A DNA stretch of 64,000 nt from Chloroflexota bacterium. GTDB taxonomy: Bacteria > Chloroflexota > Dehalococcoidia > Lucifugimonadales > GCA-002723415. This document shows, piece by piece, positions 49,015 to 59,464 of this stretch; the first letter of the stretch is position 1; every line of letters starts with the position of its first letter. The notes under the pieces were generated by a model, which saw only the letters and a list, made by a program, of their open reading frames with translations, was not told where the DNA came from and searched no databases. The stretch lies in NCBI GenBank assembly GCA_002723415.1, contig PBOA01000009.1:23258-87257 (forward strand), written 5' to 3'. Position numbers and translations under genes: made by a program.

Positions 49015-52000
49015 AATCTTTTTCTTTAAGCGATGCTTTATACAATTTAAGTCAATCATCAAATTTTAAAGAAATTATTTCAAAAAATAAGTTTAAATCA
49101 AACATTATGATTGAAAGTTTTAATGCTTCTATGTTGTTATCGAGCATTTTTAAGAATATCGATAACAACATTATGATTGTGACAGCTAAACCAGATGATG
49201 CAAGTTTTTTATATGAACAATTATTATTTTGGCTTAATAATGAAATAGATTTATACCATTTTGTTGGGAATGATATTTTTGCATATGATAAATCGGATTT
49301 TGATATTCAATCAAGTAGCAAAAGAGTGGAAGTGCTTGCTAACAAGATAAATAATTTAAATAAACAATCAATAACGGTAGCATCTTTAGAAGCAATATTA
49401 CAAAAAACAATATCGAGCATATCTATCAAGGAAACTACGCACTCTTTAAAAGTAGGAGACGATATTGCTGTTGATACTTTGATATCAAGGTGGTTAAATT
49501 TAGGTTATCAAAAAGATTCAATTGTTTATGCCCCTGGGATGATGAGTAGAAGAGGTGGAATCTTAGATATATACCCAACAGGATTATTTAATCCGGTGAG
49601 AATTGAGTTTTGGGGAGATAAAATTGAAAGTATTAGGGAATTTGATGTTAATACTCAAAGAACACTTGAGTTAATTGATTCTGTTCAAATATTGCCATTT
49701 TATGAATATGTTCCCAATTTAAGTAATATTGGATCAATTAACTCGCAGCTGGAATCTTTAAACTGGGAGAATACTTCCAAAAAAACGAAAAATGTTATAA
49801 AAAGCGAATTAACGAAATTATTATCAGGTTATGAAGTTGAAAATAATTCATTTTATATGGGTTTTTTTAATCAAGATACAATATTAAATTATTTTAAAGG
49901 GGCTGATTTAATAATTTTTTTTGATTATAAAAAAATTATTGAATCAAGCAAAGAATATGAATATTCTATTTCTAGTGGATTTAATTTGTTAAATGAGCCT
50001 CTTCCAGAAAATTTTCCTCTTCCTATAACTAGACCTGAACAAATCATTAACAATATTTCTTCTTTTTATAATAATTTAAAAATTTATATTTCAGACCAAG
50101 CTCAATGCCCATCAGATAATCTGTATAATTTTATGAAAACACCATCATTTTATGGAGATATATCATCTTTTAGCAAAGTTGTTGATGAATTTGTTGCAGA
50201 TGGGTATAAAATTATTATTATTAGTGCACATACAGGTAGAATCCTGGAAGAATTAAAGAATTTTGATATTGGAATTTTGACAAATATAAATTATTTAGAA
50301 GAAAAATTAATAAAGAATATATATGTTTTACAAACTGAATTGGCTAACCTTCTTTCAGGCTTTATATTAGATATTGAAGACAGTAAAATTGTTATTTTTT
50401 CTGATTTAGAAATTTATGGATTTTCTAATCGAAAAACAAATAGTAGAAAAACAAATATTAAGAGGAAGCCTTTTTATACTGAGGTCAATAATGGCGACTA
50501 TATGGTTCATGTTGATCATGGTATTGGAAAATTTTTAGAAATAGGGTTTATACCTGGTGAAGAAGAGGGGCAAGAATATTTTATACTTGAATATGATCAA
50601 AAGGATAAAATATATGTTCCGATGGATAACTTAGATCGAATCAGCCCATATGTTGCTCCTTCACAGCATATGCCAAAGCTTACAAGGCTAGGGACTCAAG
50701 AATGGAGTCGTGCAAAGCAAAAGGCTTCTGATTCTTCAAAAGAAATTGCTGCTAACTTGTTAAAAATTTATGCTAAAAGAGAGATATCTAAAGGAGTCCC
50801 TACTTCTTTAGATACAAAATGGCAGCATGAACTTGAAAATTCATTTAAATTTCAAGAAACTGATGATCAAATTAAAGCGATCAATGATGTGAAATTAGAC
50901 ATGGAATCCATTATGCCAATGGATAGGTTAATTTGCGGAGATGTTGGTTATGGAAAGACAGAAGTAGCATTAAGAGCTGCATTTAAATCGGTGATGTCAG
51001 GCAAACAAGTAGCATTATTGGCTCCTACAACTGTTCTTGCCCAGCAGCATTATGAAACATTTAGAGAACGTTTAACTCCATATTCTACTAATATACAAGT
51101 TTTAAGTAGGTTTAAGTCAAAAAAAGAGCAAGGATTAATTATTGAAGGACTTTTTGATGGAAGTATTGATATTTGTATTGGAACGCACAGATTAATTCAA
51201 AAAGATGTGAATTTTAAAAACCTTGGCTTGGTAATTATAGATGAAGAACAACGGTTTGGCGTAGAACATAAGGAAAGGTTTAAATCTATGAGAAGTGAGG
51301 TAGATATTTTAACTATGACGGCTACACCAATCCCGCGTACTTTACATATGTCTTTAGCAGGAGTAAGGGATATGAGTGTTATTGAAACGCCACCGGATCG
51401 TAGGTCCCCAATAAAGACATATATTTTTGAATTTAGTGACTCAGTTATAAAGCAAGCAATTATTAAGGAGTTAGATAGGGAAGGGCAAGTTTTTTTTGTT
51501 CATAATAGAGTGCACAATATTGATTATTTTGCTAATTATATAAATAAATTGGTTCCTAAAGCTAGAATTGGAATAGCTCATGGCCAAATGCCAGAAAATG
51601 ATCTTGAATTTGTAATGAAAGAATTCGCAAATTATAAAATAGATATACTTGTATGTACTACAATAATAGAGTCTGGGTTAGATTTAGCAAATGTAAATAC
51701 GTTAATAGTAAATAAAGCCGATACATTTGGATTATCTCAGCTATATCAGTTAAGAGGTAGGGTTGGAAGAGGAGATAAGCGAGCATATGCATATTTTTTA
51801 TCTGGATCAAGTATTTCTATAAATCCAAATGCACAAAATAGGCTTAAGGCTATTTTAAGTTTAAAAGATATAGGAGGTGGGCTTGAGATAGCCATGAAAG
51901 ATTTAGAGATAAGAGGTGCAGGCAATGTTTTAGGTTCTGAACAAAGTGGGCATATACAGGCTATTGGTTTTGATTTATATAATAAATTATTAGCTTATGC

Positions 52001-52532
52001 AGTAGATGATATCAAATCTGATGTGATAGTAGAAAACAGTTATAGTAAGAAAAATATAAAAGAAAACCCTCTTGATCCTCCACTCAGGTCCATGGTTCAA
52101 CTTAATATTTCGTCTAATATACCTTCTGAATATATTCCAGATATATCCCAAAGGATAGATATTTATCAAAGGCTTTCAAAAATTCAACTTAACGGTGATT
52201 GGGAGAATATTCAAGAAGAATTATATGATAGATTTGGAGATCTCCCTGAATCAGTAATAAATTTGTTATATGTAAATAGAATAATAGTAATAGCAAAGAC
52301 CCTAAATATAAAATCTATCATTAGAAAAAATAATAGGGTGTATTTGTCTTTTATGTATGATGTAGGAGGAGCAAAAAACGTACTTCAAAGTTATCTGAAG
52401 AATTCTATTAATATTAATATTGGCAATAATAAATTGATGCTTGAAATTAGTGAGAATATTTTAATCTGGAAGGATGAATTGTTAAATTTATTAACTAGAT
52501 TAGAGGAATTCAATCAAGATTACCAAATTTGA
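49011..52532 (+). CDS. mfd: Transcription-repair coupling factor
   Basis: RRGGILD, VHVDHGIG, GDVGYGKT, IIDEEQRFG, QLRGRVGR, DLEIRGAG, C-terminal TRCF domain. Confidence 0.97.
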   Translation: MKSFSLSDALYNLSQSSNFKEIISKNKFKSNIMIESFNASMLLSSIFKNIDNNIMIVTAKPDDASFLYEQLLFWLNNEIDLYHFVGNDIFAYDKSDFDIQSSSKRVEVLANKINNLNKQSITVASLEAILQKTISSISIKETTHSLKVGDDIAVDTLISRWLNLGYQKDSIVYAPGMMSRRGGILDIYPTGLFNPVRIEFWGDKIESIREFDVNTQRTLELIDSVQILPFYEYVPNLSNIGSINSQLESLNWENTSKKTKNVIKSELTKLLSGYEVENNSFYMGFFNQDTILNYFKGADLIIFFDYKKIIESSKEYEYSISSGFNLLNEPLPENFPLPITRPEQIINNISSFYNNLKIYISDQAQCPSDNLYNFMKTPSFYGDISSFSKVVDEFVADGYKIIIISAHTGRILEELKNFDIGILTNINYLEEKLIKNIYVLQTELANLLSGFILDIEDSKIVIFSDLEIYGFSNRKTNSRKTNIKRKPFYTEVNNGDYMVHVDHGIGKFLEIGFIPGEEEGQEYFILEYDQKDKIYVPMDNLDRISPYVAPSQHMPKLTRLGTQEWSRAKQKASDSSKEIAANLLKIYAKREISKGVPTSLDTKWQHELENSFKFQETDDQIKAINDVKLDMESIMPMDRLICGDVGYGKTEVALRAAFKSVMSGKQVALLAPTTVLAQQHYETFRERLTPYSTNIQVLSRFKSKKEQGLIIEGLFDGSIDICIGTHRLIQKDVNFKNLGLVIIDEEQRFGVEHKERFKSMRSEVDILTMTATPIPRTLHMSLAGVRDMSVIETPPDRRSPIKTYIFEFSDSVIKQAIIKELDREGQVFFVHNRVHNIDYFANYINKLVPKARIGIAHGQMPENDLEFVMKEFANYKIDILVCTTIIESGLDLANVNTLIVNKADTFGLSQLYQLRGRVGRGDKRAYAYFLSGSSISINPNAQNRLKAILSLKDIGGGLEIAMKDLEIRGAGNVLGSEQSGHIQAIGFDLYNKLLAYAVDDIKSDVIVENSYSKKNIKENPLDPPLRSMVQLNISSNIPSEYIPDISQRIDIYQRLSKIQLNGDWENIQEELYDRFGDLPESVINLLYVNRIIVIAKTLNIKSIIRKNNRVYLSFMYDVGGAKNVLQSYLKNSININIGNNKLMLEISENILIWKDELLNLLTRLEEFNQDYQI

Positions 52533-53232
52533 AGGACATTATAATATCTGAAAGCTCAGTTAAAGAGGTGATTTTTTTACACTCTTTAAAATTATTGTTA
52601 ATATTGTCTCTATCAATTAAAACAGGTGTAATCCCGGCATTTCTTGCTCCACGAATATCTGAAATTATTTGGTCTCCAATGTGAATACAATTTTCTGCTT
52701 TTTCGTTTGCTTTTTCTAGCGCCTTTATAAATATTTTTGGGTGCGGTTTTTCTGCCTTAACATCTTTTGAGGTTATGACAAAGTCAAGGTAATTAGATAG
52801 TCCAAGCTTTGATGATAGTTGATTACCATCTGTATTCATATTAGATATCAAACCTAATTTTAACCCTTTTGATTTTAAAGTTTTTAATGAGGAATGTACG
52901 TCATTATAACAAGCTAAATCATAAGGTATTTTTTTAATATAATTCCATATTTTAGAAGCAGTCTCTGTATTAATTTTAATTTTATCTCCACTTAATATAA
53001 GTTTTTGATATTCAGAAAAAAAGTTTTCTCTCTCTTGTATGTTCATGTTTCTAATAGGATGAATTTGATTTTGTTCTGACATTAAATTATCTGCAATAGC
53101 ATATCCCTGAGTTATTCCATTTCTAGTAACTTTATAACCAAATTTATTGCAAGCTTTTGATTGGATTTCAAATCTATCAGGTGAAAATCCAGCTAAGGTT
53201 CCGTATAAATCAAAAAAAATTGTATTAATCAT
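52510..53232 (-). CDS. HAD-superfamily hydrolase subfamily IA
   Basis: FDLYGTL, ISN, KPHPKIF, HIGDQIISD. Confidence 0.88.
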   Translation of the reverse strand: MINTIFFDLYGTLAGFSPDRFEIQSKACNKFGYKVTRNGITQGYAIADNLMSEQNQIHPIRNMNIQERENFFSEYQKLILSGDKIKINTETASKIWNYIKKIPYDLACYNDVHSSLKTLKSKGLKLGLISNMNTDGNQLSSKLGLSNYLDFVITSKDVKAEKPHPKIFIKALEKANEKAENCIHIGDQIISDIRGARNAGITPVLIDRDNINNNFKECKKITSLTELSDIIMSFKFGNLD

Positions 53233-53299
53233 ATAATTATTTTATGGTAGCATTTATCGTTATCATAAACTATTTAATTAATAAATCACAGGTAGAAAA

Positions 53300-54304
53300 T
53301 TGAAAGCTGGTAAATTACCATTAGAATTATTAAGCAATTTGTTGTCAGAAATCAAGGTTAAAGACCCTAGAGTTATTTTAGGAGCGAAGACGGGTGAAGA
53401 TGCTGCGGTTATTGATATAGGGGATCGTTTTCTTGTTGCAAAAATGGATCCAATAACTTTTGCAACAGATGAAATTGGTTGGTATTTGGTGCAAATTAAC
53501 TCTAATGACTTGTTTGTTATGGGAGCTACTCCAAAATGGTTAATGGCTACATTACTTTTTCCCGAGACTTATTCAAAAACATTGATTAAAAATATATTCA
53601 ATCAATTAAGTAAAGCTTGTGAAGAAGCAAACATTACTTTAATTGGAGGTCATACTGAGATAACTTATGGTTTAGATAGACCTTTAGCAATTGGAGCAAT
53701 ACTAGGGGAAGTAAATAAGAATCATGTAATCTATACTTCAGATGCAAATATAGGAGATGAAATTGTTATAACTAAAGGAATAGCAATTGAAGGAACTGCT
53801 ATTATTGCTAGAGAAAAGGAAGCTCATCTTTTATCTTTGGGGGTAAATAAGAAATATATTAATAATGCCAAGAATTTTATATTTGAGCCAGGGATAAGTA
53901 TAAAGAATGATAGTAAAATCGCAATAAATTCAGGAAATATAACTTCAATGCATGATCCGACTGAGGGAGGTCTATTTGGGGCTTTGCAAGAGATAGCTAA
54001 AGCTGCAAATGTAGGGTTGCATATAGAAGAAAATGAGATATATATATTGCCTGAATGTTTAGAAATATGTTCAAAAATTGATATAAATCCTTTTGGAATG
54101 ATTGCGTCAGGTTCGTTATTATGTACAGTTAAGGCGGGAAGTTCAAATAAATTAATCGATAATCTTCGAGATGCAGGTTCATATGGATATAAAATTGGAA
54201 AAATCATGCCTAAAGAATATGGCATTATGTTATCTAATTCTAAAGGAGTTAAAAAAATGCCTATATTTAAAAGAGATGAGATAGCTAGATATTTGAGTCA
54301 ATAA
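53300..54304 (+). CDS. AIR-synthase (PurM/ThiL/HypE/SelD) superfamily protein of unknown function
   Basis: GEDAAV, DPITF, NSNDLFVMGA, IGGHTE, MHDPTEGG; TTG start. Confidence 0.85.
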   Translation: MKAGKLPLELLSNLLSEIKVKDPRVILGAKTGEDAAVIDIGDRFLVAKMDPITFATDEIGWYLVQINSNDLFVMGATPKWLMATLLFPETYSKTLIKNIFNQLSKACEEANITLIGGHTEITYGLDRPLAIGAILGEVNKNHVIYTSDANIGDEIVITKGIAIEGTAIIAREKEAHLLSLGVNKKYINNAKNFIFEPGISIKNDSKIAINSGNITSMHDPTEGGLFGALQEIAKAANVGLHIEENEIYILPECLEICSKIDINPFGMIASGSLLCTVKAGSSNKLIDNLRDAGSYGYKIGKIMPKEYGIMLSNSKGVKKMPIFKRDEIARYLSQ

Positions 54305-54306
54305 GT

Positions 54307-54336
54307 TTGACAGTGATTTAAAGCCGATGCTAAACT
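54307..54336 (+). promoter_or_regulatory. Sigma70 promoter of the nuo operon
   Basis: TTGACA (54307-54312), 18-nt spacer, extended -10 TGcTAAACT (54328-54336). Confidence 0.7.
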
Positions 54337-54375
54337 TACTTAGAGCAAGCGCAGTTTTATATTAGGAGACTAATT

Positions 54376-54744
54376 TTGCCTTTAGGATATGACCTTAATT
54401 GGGCTGTAATAGCTATTATGGGCTTTCTAGGACTGTCGTCAGTACTAGGAATGTTCTTAATTTCTTTTTTAATTGCACCTAAGCGTAAGTCTGAAATTAA
54501 AAACACTCCATATGAATGTGGCATTTTGCCAGATTCATATAATTGGTCACAAATTAATATTCGTTATTATATATTTGCCATTCTTTTTTTGCTTTTTGAT
54601 ATTGAAGCTGTTTTTTTGTTTCCATGGGCAATGATTTTTGTGAATGCATTACCTATTGTTTTTTATGAAATGATTTTGTTCATTGCAATTTTGTTTTTTG
54701 GATTGATTTATGCTTGGAGAAAGGGAGTTTTGAAATGGCAATAG
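54376..54744 (+). CDS. nuoA: Complex I subunit A
   Basis: [26 protein letters not shown]. Confidence 0.95.
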   Translation: MPLGYDLNWAVIAIMGFLGLSSVLGMFLISFLIAPKRKSEIKNTPYECGILPDSYNWSQINIRYYIFAILFLLFDIEAVFLFPWAMIFVNALPIVFYEMILFIAILFFGLIYAWRKGVLKWQ

Positions 54745-55280
54745 AACCGAAAAATCAAGATAATTTAGGTAAAGGAAATATTGCTGAACCAAGTATTTTT
54801 GAAAAAGTATTGCCTAATGCTGTTGTATGTAAATCGAATGAACTTTTTGCTAATGCTAGAAAATCATCTTTGTGGACTTTGTCTTTTGGGCTAGCATGTT
54901 GTGCTATTGAGATGATTAGTACTCATATGTCACATCATGATTTTGATCGTTTTGGAATAGTAACCTGGCCTTCTCCAAGACAAGCTGATGTTATGATAGT
55001 TGCAGGGACAGTCGTTAAAAAAATGGCTGATCCTATCAAAATTCTTTATGAGCAAATGCCTGATCCAAAATGGGTAATAGCTATGGGAAGTTGTGCGACA
55101 AATGGAGGACCTTATTATCGCTCTTATTCAGTTGTAATGGGAGTAGATCATATTGTTCCTGTAGATATATATGTTCCTGGATGCCCCCCTCGTCCGGAGG
55201 CGTTAATGTATGGAATTTTACAACTACAAGAAAAGATAAAAAAGGATTCAAGCGGTAGTGGAAGATCAGAAGATAAATAA
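54735..55280 (+). CDS. nuoB: Complex I subunit B
   Basis: [25 protein letters not shown] (cluster N2). Confidence 0.96.
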   Translation: MAIEPKNQDNLGKGNIAEPSIFEKVLPNAVVCKSNELFANARKSSLWTLSFGLACCAIEMISTHMSHHDFDRFGIVTWPSPRQADVMIVAGTVVKKMADPIKILYEQMPDPKWVIAMGSCATNGGPYYRSYSVVMGVDHIVPVDIYVPGCPPRPEALMYGILQLQEKIKKDSSGSGRSEDK

Positions 55281-55782
55281 AGATACCAAAGACAATTTGC
55301 CACCTGTTTTAAACTTTACGCCCGAACAAGATCAGCTAATATCTTTATTAACAAAAACACTTCCTTCTATATCAAATATAAATGTTAATAATTTACAAGG
55401 GGATGTTGAGCTAAATATAGATTCAAAAGATATAAAATCTATTTGCAGGGTTTTAAAGGATAGCCCAGAGTTAAATTTTAACTATCTTGAATGTATATCT
55501 TTAGTTGATTACGAAGAGAAACTTGAAGTTGTTTATCACTTGACCTCTTTTAAATTAAAGAAAAGCATAATAATCAAGACATCAATTCCTGCAGAAGAAC
55601 CAGAAATTAATTCTGTTATTAGTGTTTGGCGTGCAGCAGATTGGTTTGAAAGAGAAGCACATGATTTATTTGGTGTAAATTTTTTAGGGCATCCAAATTT
55701 AGAACCATTACTTCTTTTTGATGGATTTGAAGGTTATCCTGGAAGAAAAAATTTTCCTATAAACGATTATCAAGAATGGTAA
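55258..55782 (+). CDS. nuoC: Complex I subunit C
   Basis: [22 protein letters not shown]. Confidence 0.93.
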   Translation: MEDQKINKDTKDNLPPVLNFTPEQDQLISLLTKTLPSISNINVNNLQGDVELNIDSKDIKSICRVLKDSPELNFNYLECISLVDYEEKLEVVYHLTSFKLKKSIIIKTSIPAEEPEINSVISVWRAADWFEREAHDLFGVNFLGHPNLEPLLLFDGFEGYPGRKNFPINDYQEW

Positions 55783-55802
55783 AATATTATTAATACAGAC
55801 TT

Positions 55803-56921
55803 ATGGAAATAAATAAAACAATAAACTCAGATAGTGTTGACTTAATGATAAATATGGGGCCTCAGCATCCAAGTACGCATGGGGTCTTTAGGCTATTATT
55901 AAATATAGACGGAGAAAGAATAATTGATGTTAAACCTTATATTGGATATTTACATAGAGGCTCTGAGAAATTGTGTGAAAATGAGCGTTATGCTCAAGTT
56001 ATAACATTATTTGACAGACTTGATTATGTAGCAAATCTTAATATGGAACTTGGGTTTTGCTTGGCTGTAGAAAGTTTAATGGAGTTAGATGTTCCAGATA
56101 GGGCAAGTTATATTAGAGTAATTTTATGTGAATTAAATAGAATAGCAAGCCATCTATTATTTTATGGCACGTATGGTTTAGATGTGGGAGCTATGACTCC
56201 AGTACTTTATGCTTTTAGAGAAAGAGAGAAAATTCAAGGTTTTTTTGAATCTATAACTGGCGCAAGAATGATGCACAATTATTTTCGCATAGGAGGGGTA
56301 AAAGGAGAACTGCCAGGTGGATTTGGTAATCGATTGAATCTATTATTAGATGAAATTAGTAAAGGCATAGAAGAATGTGACCAGCTTTTATCAAAAAATG
56401 AAATGTTTCTTGCCAGAACAAAAAATGTGGGTGTTATTAGTTCTAGTGATGCTGTAGATTTTGGCGTAAGTGGTCCAAATTTGCGTGCTAGTGGCATAGC
56501 TAGAGATATTAGAATATCTAAACCATATTCTATTTATGATAGATTTGATTATGGAATTCCTGTTGCGTCTTCCGGTGATTGTTGGGATAGGTATTATGTT
56601 CGATTGGAAGAGATTAGGCAGTCTGTAAAAATTATTAAGCAAGCTATGAATCAGATGGAAGATGGTCCTATATTAGCTCAAGTTCGACGAATACCTAGGC
56701 CTCCTAAAGGAGAAATTTATTTTAGAACTGAAAGTCCTAGAGGAGATTTTGGTATTTATCTTGTAAGCGACGGATCTGATAAACCTTATAGAGTTAAAGT
56801 TAGAGCCCCTTCTTTTGCAAATTTACAATCATTACAATATTTGTTAAAAGGAGCTTATATTGCAGATGCAGTTACTATTTTAGGATCAATAGATATTATT
56901 ATGGGAGAAGTTGATAGGTGA
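55803..56921 (+). CDS. nuoD: Complex I subunit D
   Basis: NMGPQHPSTHG, GYLHRG, DRLDY, ESPRG, GEVDR; no NiFe CxxC. Confidence 0.96.
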   Translation: MEINKTINSDSVDLMINMGPQHPSTHGVFRLLLNIDGERIIDVKPYIGYLHRGSEKLCENERYAQVITLFDRLDYVANLNMELGFCLAVESLMELDVPDRASYIRVILCELNRIASHLLFYGTYGLDVGAMTPVLYAFREREKIQGFFESITGARMMHNYFRIGGVKGELPGGFGNRLNLLLDEISKGIEECDQLLSKNEMFLARTKNVGVISSSDAVDFGVSGPNLRASGIARDIRISKPYSIYDRFDYGIPVASSGDCWDRYYVRLEEIRQSVKIIKQAMNQMEDGPILAQVRRIPRPPKGEIYFRTESPRGDFGIYLVSDGSDKPYRVKVRAPSFANLQSLQYLLKGAYIADAVTILGSIDIIMGEVDR

Positions 56922-58057
56922 GCATCGCAGATTTATTTAATTATATGAGTTACGTTTTTGGATTATTTTTATCTCTAACTTTAATAGTATTATTGCTAGT
57001 TTGGTTAGAGCGTAAAGTTTTAGCAAGGATTCAGATGAGAATGGGGCCTATGAGAGTCGGTTTTCATGGAGCTTTACAGCCAATAGCTGATGCCATTAAA
57101 TTAATTTCTAAAGAAGATATTTTGCCAGCATGGACAGACAAATTGGTATATTGGTTTGCTCCAATAGTTGTATTTGTTCCTGCATTTTTATTATGGGTTA
57201 CTATCCCTTTTGGTAAAAATATGGTTATTAGAAGTTTAGATTTAGGATTATTTTTTATTGTTGCTATATCTGTGTTATCAGTCTTGGGTTTGATTATGGC
57301 AGGTTGGGGGTCTGCAAACAAATATGCTGTTTTGGGTGGGCTTAGGGCTGCAGGACAGTTAATTAGTTATGAAATTCCTCTTATAATGGCCATCCTTACT
57401 ATTGCTATATTACATCAATCTTTAAATTTAGTTGAAATAGTTGATAAACAATCACAAATACCTAATATTTTTATTCAGCCATTGGGATTAGTTTTATTTT
57501 TTATTGCTGGATTGGCAGAGTTAGGAAGAACTCCTTTTGATATTCATCATGCAGAATCTGAAGTTGTTGGAGGCCCTTTTGTTGAATATAGTGGTGCACA
57601 TTGGTCGGTTTTCTTTTTGGCTGAGTATATTAATACTTTTACAATTAGTATATTGACTGTTTTATTATTTTTGGGAGGCTGGCATTGGCCAAATATTCCT
57701 TTTTCTGGCAACTTGCAAACGGTATTATCTGTTTTTGTAGTCTTGATTAAAACAATATTAGTCGTAATTGTAATTTTTTGGATACGTGCTACTTATCCAA
57801 GATTAAGGATAGACCAATTAATGTCGTTTGGTTGGAAAATGTTAATTCCTATGGCTTTTATCAATGTAACTATTACTGCATGTATAGTATATTATGACGA
57901 GTTGCCTTTATGGATTTTGCCAATATTATCCATAATTTTATTAGTATTAGGTGCTGTTATAATTCAGAGGAAGTTTTCTAAAAACATTACAAGTACTATT
58001 GAAGTTATATCTTCGAAATCCCTTTTAAAGGAGAAAAGTGAAGTTAATATTAATTAG
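56918..58057 (+). CDS. nuoH: Complex I subunit H
   Basis: ERKVLARIQMRMGP, QPIADAIK, SYEIP, RTPFD, EYSG, PRLRIDQ. Confidence 0.96.
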   Translation: MSIADLFNYMSYVFGLFLSLTLIVLLLVWLERKVLARIQMRMGPMRVGFHGALQPIADAIKLISKEDILPAWTDKLVYWFAPIVVFVPAFLLWVTIPFGKNMVIRSLDLGLFFIVAISVLSVLGLIMAGWGSANKYAVLGGLRAAGQLISYEIPLIMAILTIAILHQSLNLVEIVDKQSQIPNIFIQPLGLVLFFIAGLAELGRTPFDIHHAESEVVGGPFVEYSGAHWSVFFLAEYINTFTISILTVLLFLGGWHWPNIPFSGNLQTVLSVFVVLIKTILVVIVIFWIRATYPRLRIDQLMSFGWKMLIPMAFINVTITACIVYYDELPLWILPILSIILLVLGAVIIQRKFSKNITSTIEVISSKSLLKEKSEVNIN

Positions 58058-58099
58058 TTTTATTAATAATTATAAAGTTTTATTAAGGATATTGAATTA

Positions 58100-58612
58100 A
58101 TGATTGGGTTTTTGGCTGGTTTATTTGTAACAATAAAAACTGGATTCAGGCGTCCAGTTACTGCTCAATATCCAGATCCTAAAAAAAGAATAAAGGTAGA
58201 AAACAGGTTTATGGGTTTTCCTTCTCTTACATGGGATTATGACGTAGAAGAACCTTATTGCACTGGTTGTATGGTATGCGTGCGTGAATGCCCTACTGAA
58301 TGTATGTCTGCGAAGATGAAAGACAATCCTTTATTTTCTGAAGGCAAAAGTAGACGTAAAAAAATAATTGATGAATTTGAAATAAATTTAGGTAGATGTA
58401 TTTTGTGTGGTATATGTGTTGAAGTTTGTAATTTTGATGCAATCGAGATGAGTCATGAGCATGAATTAAGTAAGCGCGTTCGTAATGGTAATAGGTTTGA
58501 TTTACAACAATTATTGAATTTAGGTATTAAATTTCAATCAGATACAAATTGGAAGCCTAAGCAGCCTGAGAAAAACAGCGGGGTTCCTGCAAAAAAAATC
58601 GATGAAGATTAG
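58100..58612 (+). CDS. nuoI: Complex I subunit I
   Basis: Two CxxCxxCxxxC(P) ferredoxin motifs; VTAQYP. Confidence 0.95.
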   Translation: MIGFLAGLFVTIKTGFRRPVTAQYPDPKKRIKVENRFMGFPSLTWDYDVEEPYCTGCMVCVRECPTECMSAKMKDNPLFSEGKSRRKKIIDEFEINLGRCILCGICVEVCNFDAIEMSHEHELSKRVRNGNRFDLQQLLNLGIKFQSDTNWKPKQPEKNSGVPAKKIDED

Positions 58613-58630
58613 GGTGGATTTTTTAATTTT

Positions 58631-59122
58631 ATGATTTCTTTAATAATATTTTATATAATTAGTGCTTTAGTTTTGATTGGATCTGCTGGAGTAATTTTTT
58701 CTAGAAATATTGTTTATGCTGCTTTTTCTTTATTTTTAGCGCTTTTAGGTACGGCTGGTGTCTTTGTATTATTATTAGCTGAATTTCTCGCTATAGTTCA
58801 AATATTAATATATGGCGGTGCGGTGGTTACTGTAATATTATTTGCTTTAATGCTTACTAAGATAGATGATTTTCGAAGTCTTTCAAATATTAATTATTGG
58901 CCTGTGTCTGCATTTTTATCCTTGATCGTATTAATTACACTTATTTTAGGAGTTTCTCAGGCTAAAATTAATACTCAAAATTTAGGGCTAGTTAAATTTA
59001 ATGATTTTAGTAATGATCTTTTTGAATATTGGGGTATTCCATTTGAAATTGCATCATTGGTGCTGCTTGTTGCTTTGATAGGAGCAATCGTAATACTAAA
59101 AGATAAAGGGAATGATTCTTGA
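58631..59122 (+). CDS. nuoJ: Complex I subunit J
   Basis: QILIYGGAV, PFEIAS, LVALIGA. Confidence 0.93.
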   Translation: MISLIIFYIISALVLIGSAGVIFSRNIVYAAFSLFLALLGTAGVFVLLLAEFLAIVQILIYGGAVVTVILFALMLTKIDDFRSLSNINYWPVSAFLSLIVLITLILGVSQAKINTQNLGLVKFNDFSNDLFEYWGIPFEIASLVLLVALIGAIVILKDKGNDS

Positions 59123-59436
59123 TAGAGTTAATTCATATACAAATTTTAAGTGCATTAATGTTTTGTATTGGCGTTTATGGTGTGATAACCAGGAGAAGCG
59201 CTATTTTAATTTTAATGTGTGTAGAATTAATGTTGAATGCGGTTAATATTAATTTGATTGGATTTTCTGCGTTTAGAGACTTTTCTCAAAACCAGAGAAT
59301 TTTTGGTCATGTTATGATCGTATTTATTATTACGATTGCTGCAGTAGAATTGGCACTTGCAATAGCTATAATTTTGCGTCTTTATAAAAACAAGTCTTCA
59401 GTTAATGTTGATGAAGTTGATTTAATGAAATGGTAG
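59119..59436 (+). CDS. nuoK: Complex I subunit K
   Basis: LMCVELMLNA, AAVELALA. Confidence 0.94.
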   Translation: MIELIHIQILSALMFCIGVYGVITRRSAILILMCVELMLNAVNINLIGFSAFRDFSQNQRIFGHVMIVFIITIAAVELALAIAIILRLYKNKSSVNVDEVDLMKW

Positions 59437-59464
59437 ATAATGTTTGTAATAGAGAGAGTAATAT

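Noticed and set aside
52510-53232. L-2-haloacid dehalogenase call from the FDLYGTL motif
   Set aside because: Motif IV is GD...D (phosphatase type), not the SSNxWD of dehalogenases
55803-56921. Group 4 [NiFe]-hydrogenase large subunit
   Set aside because: No N- or C-terminal CxxC; has the complex I quinone-site motifs HGVF and RLDY
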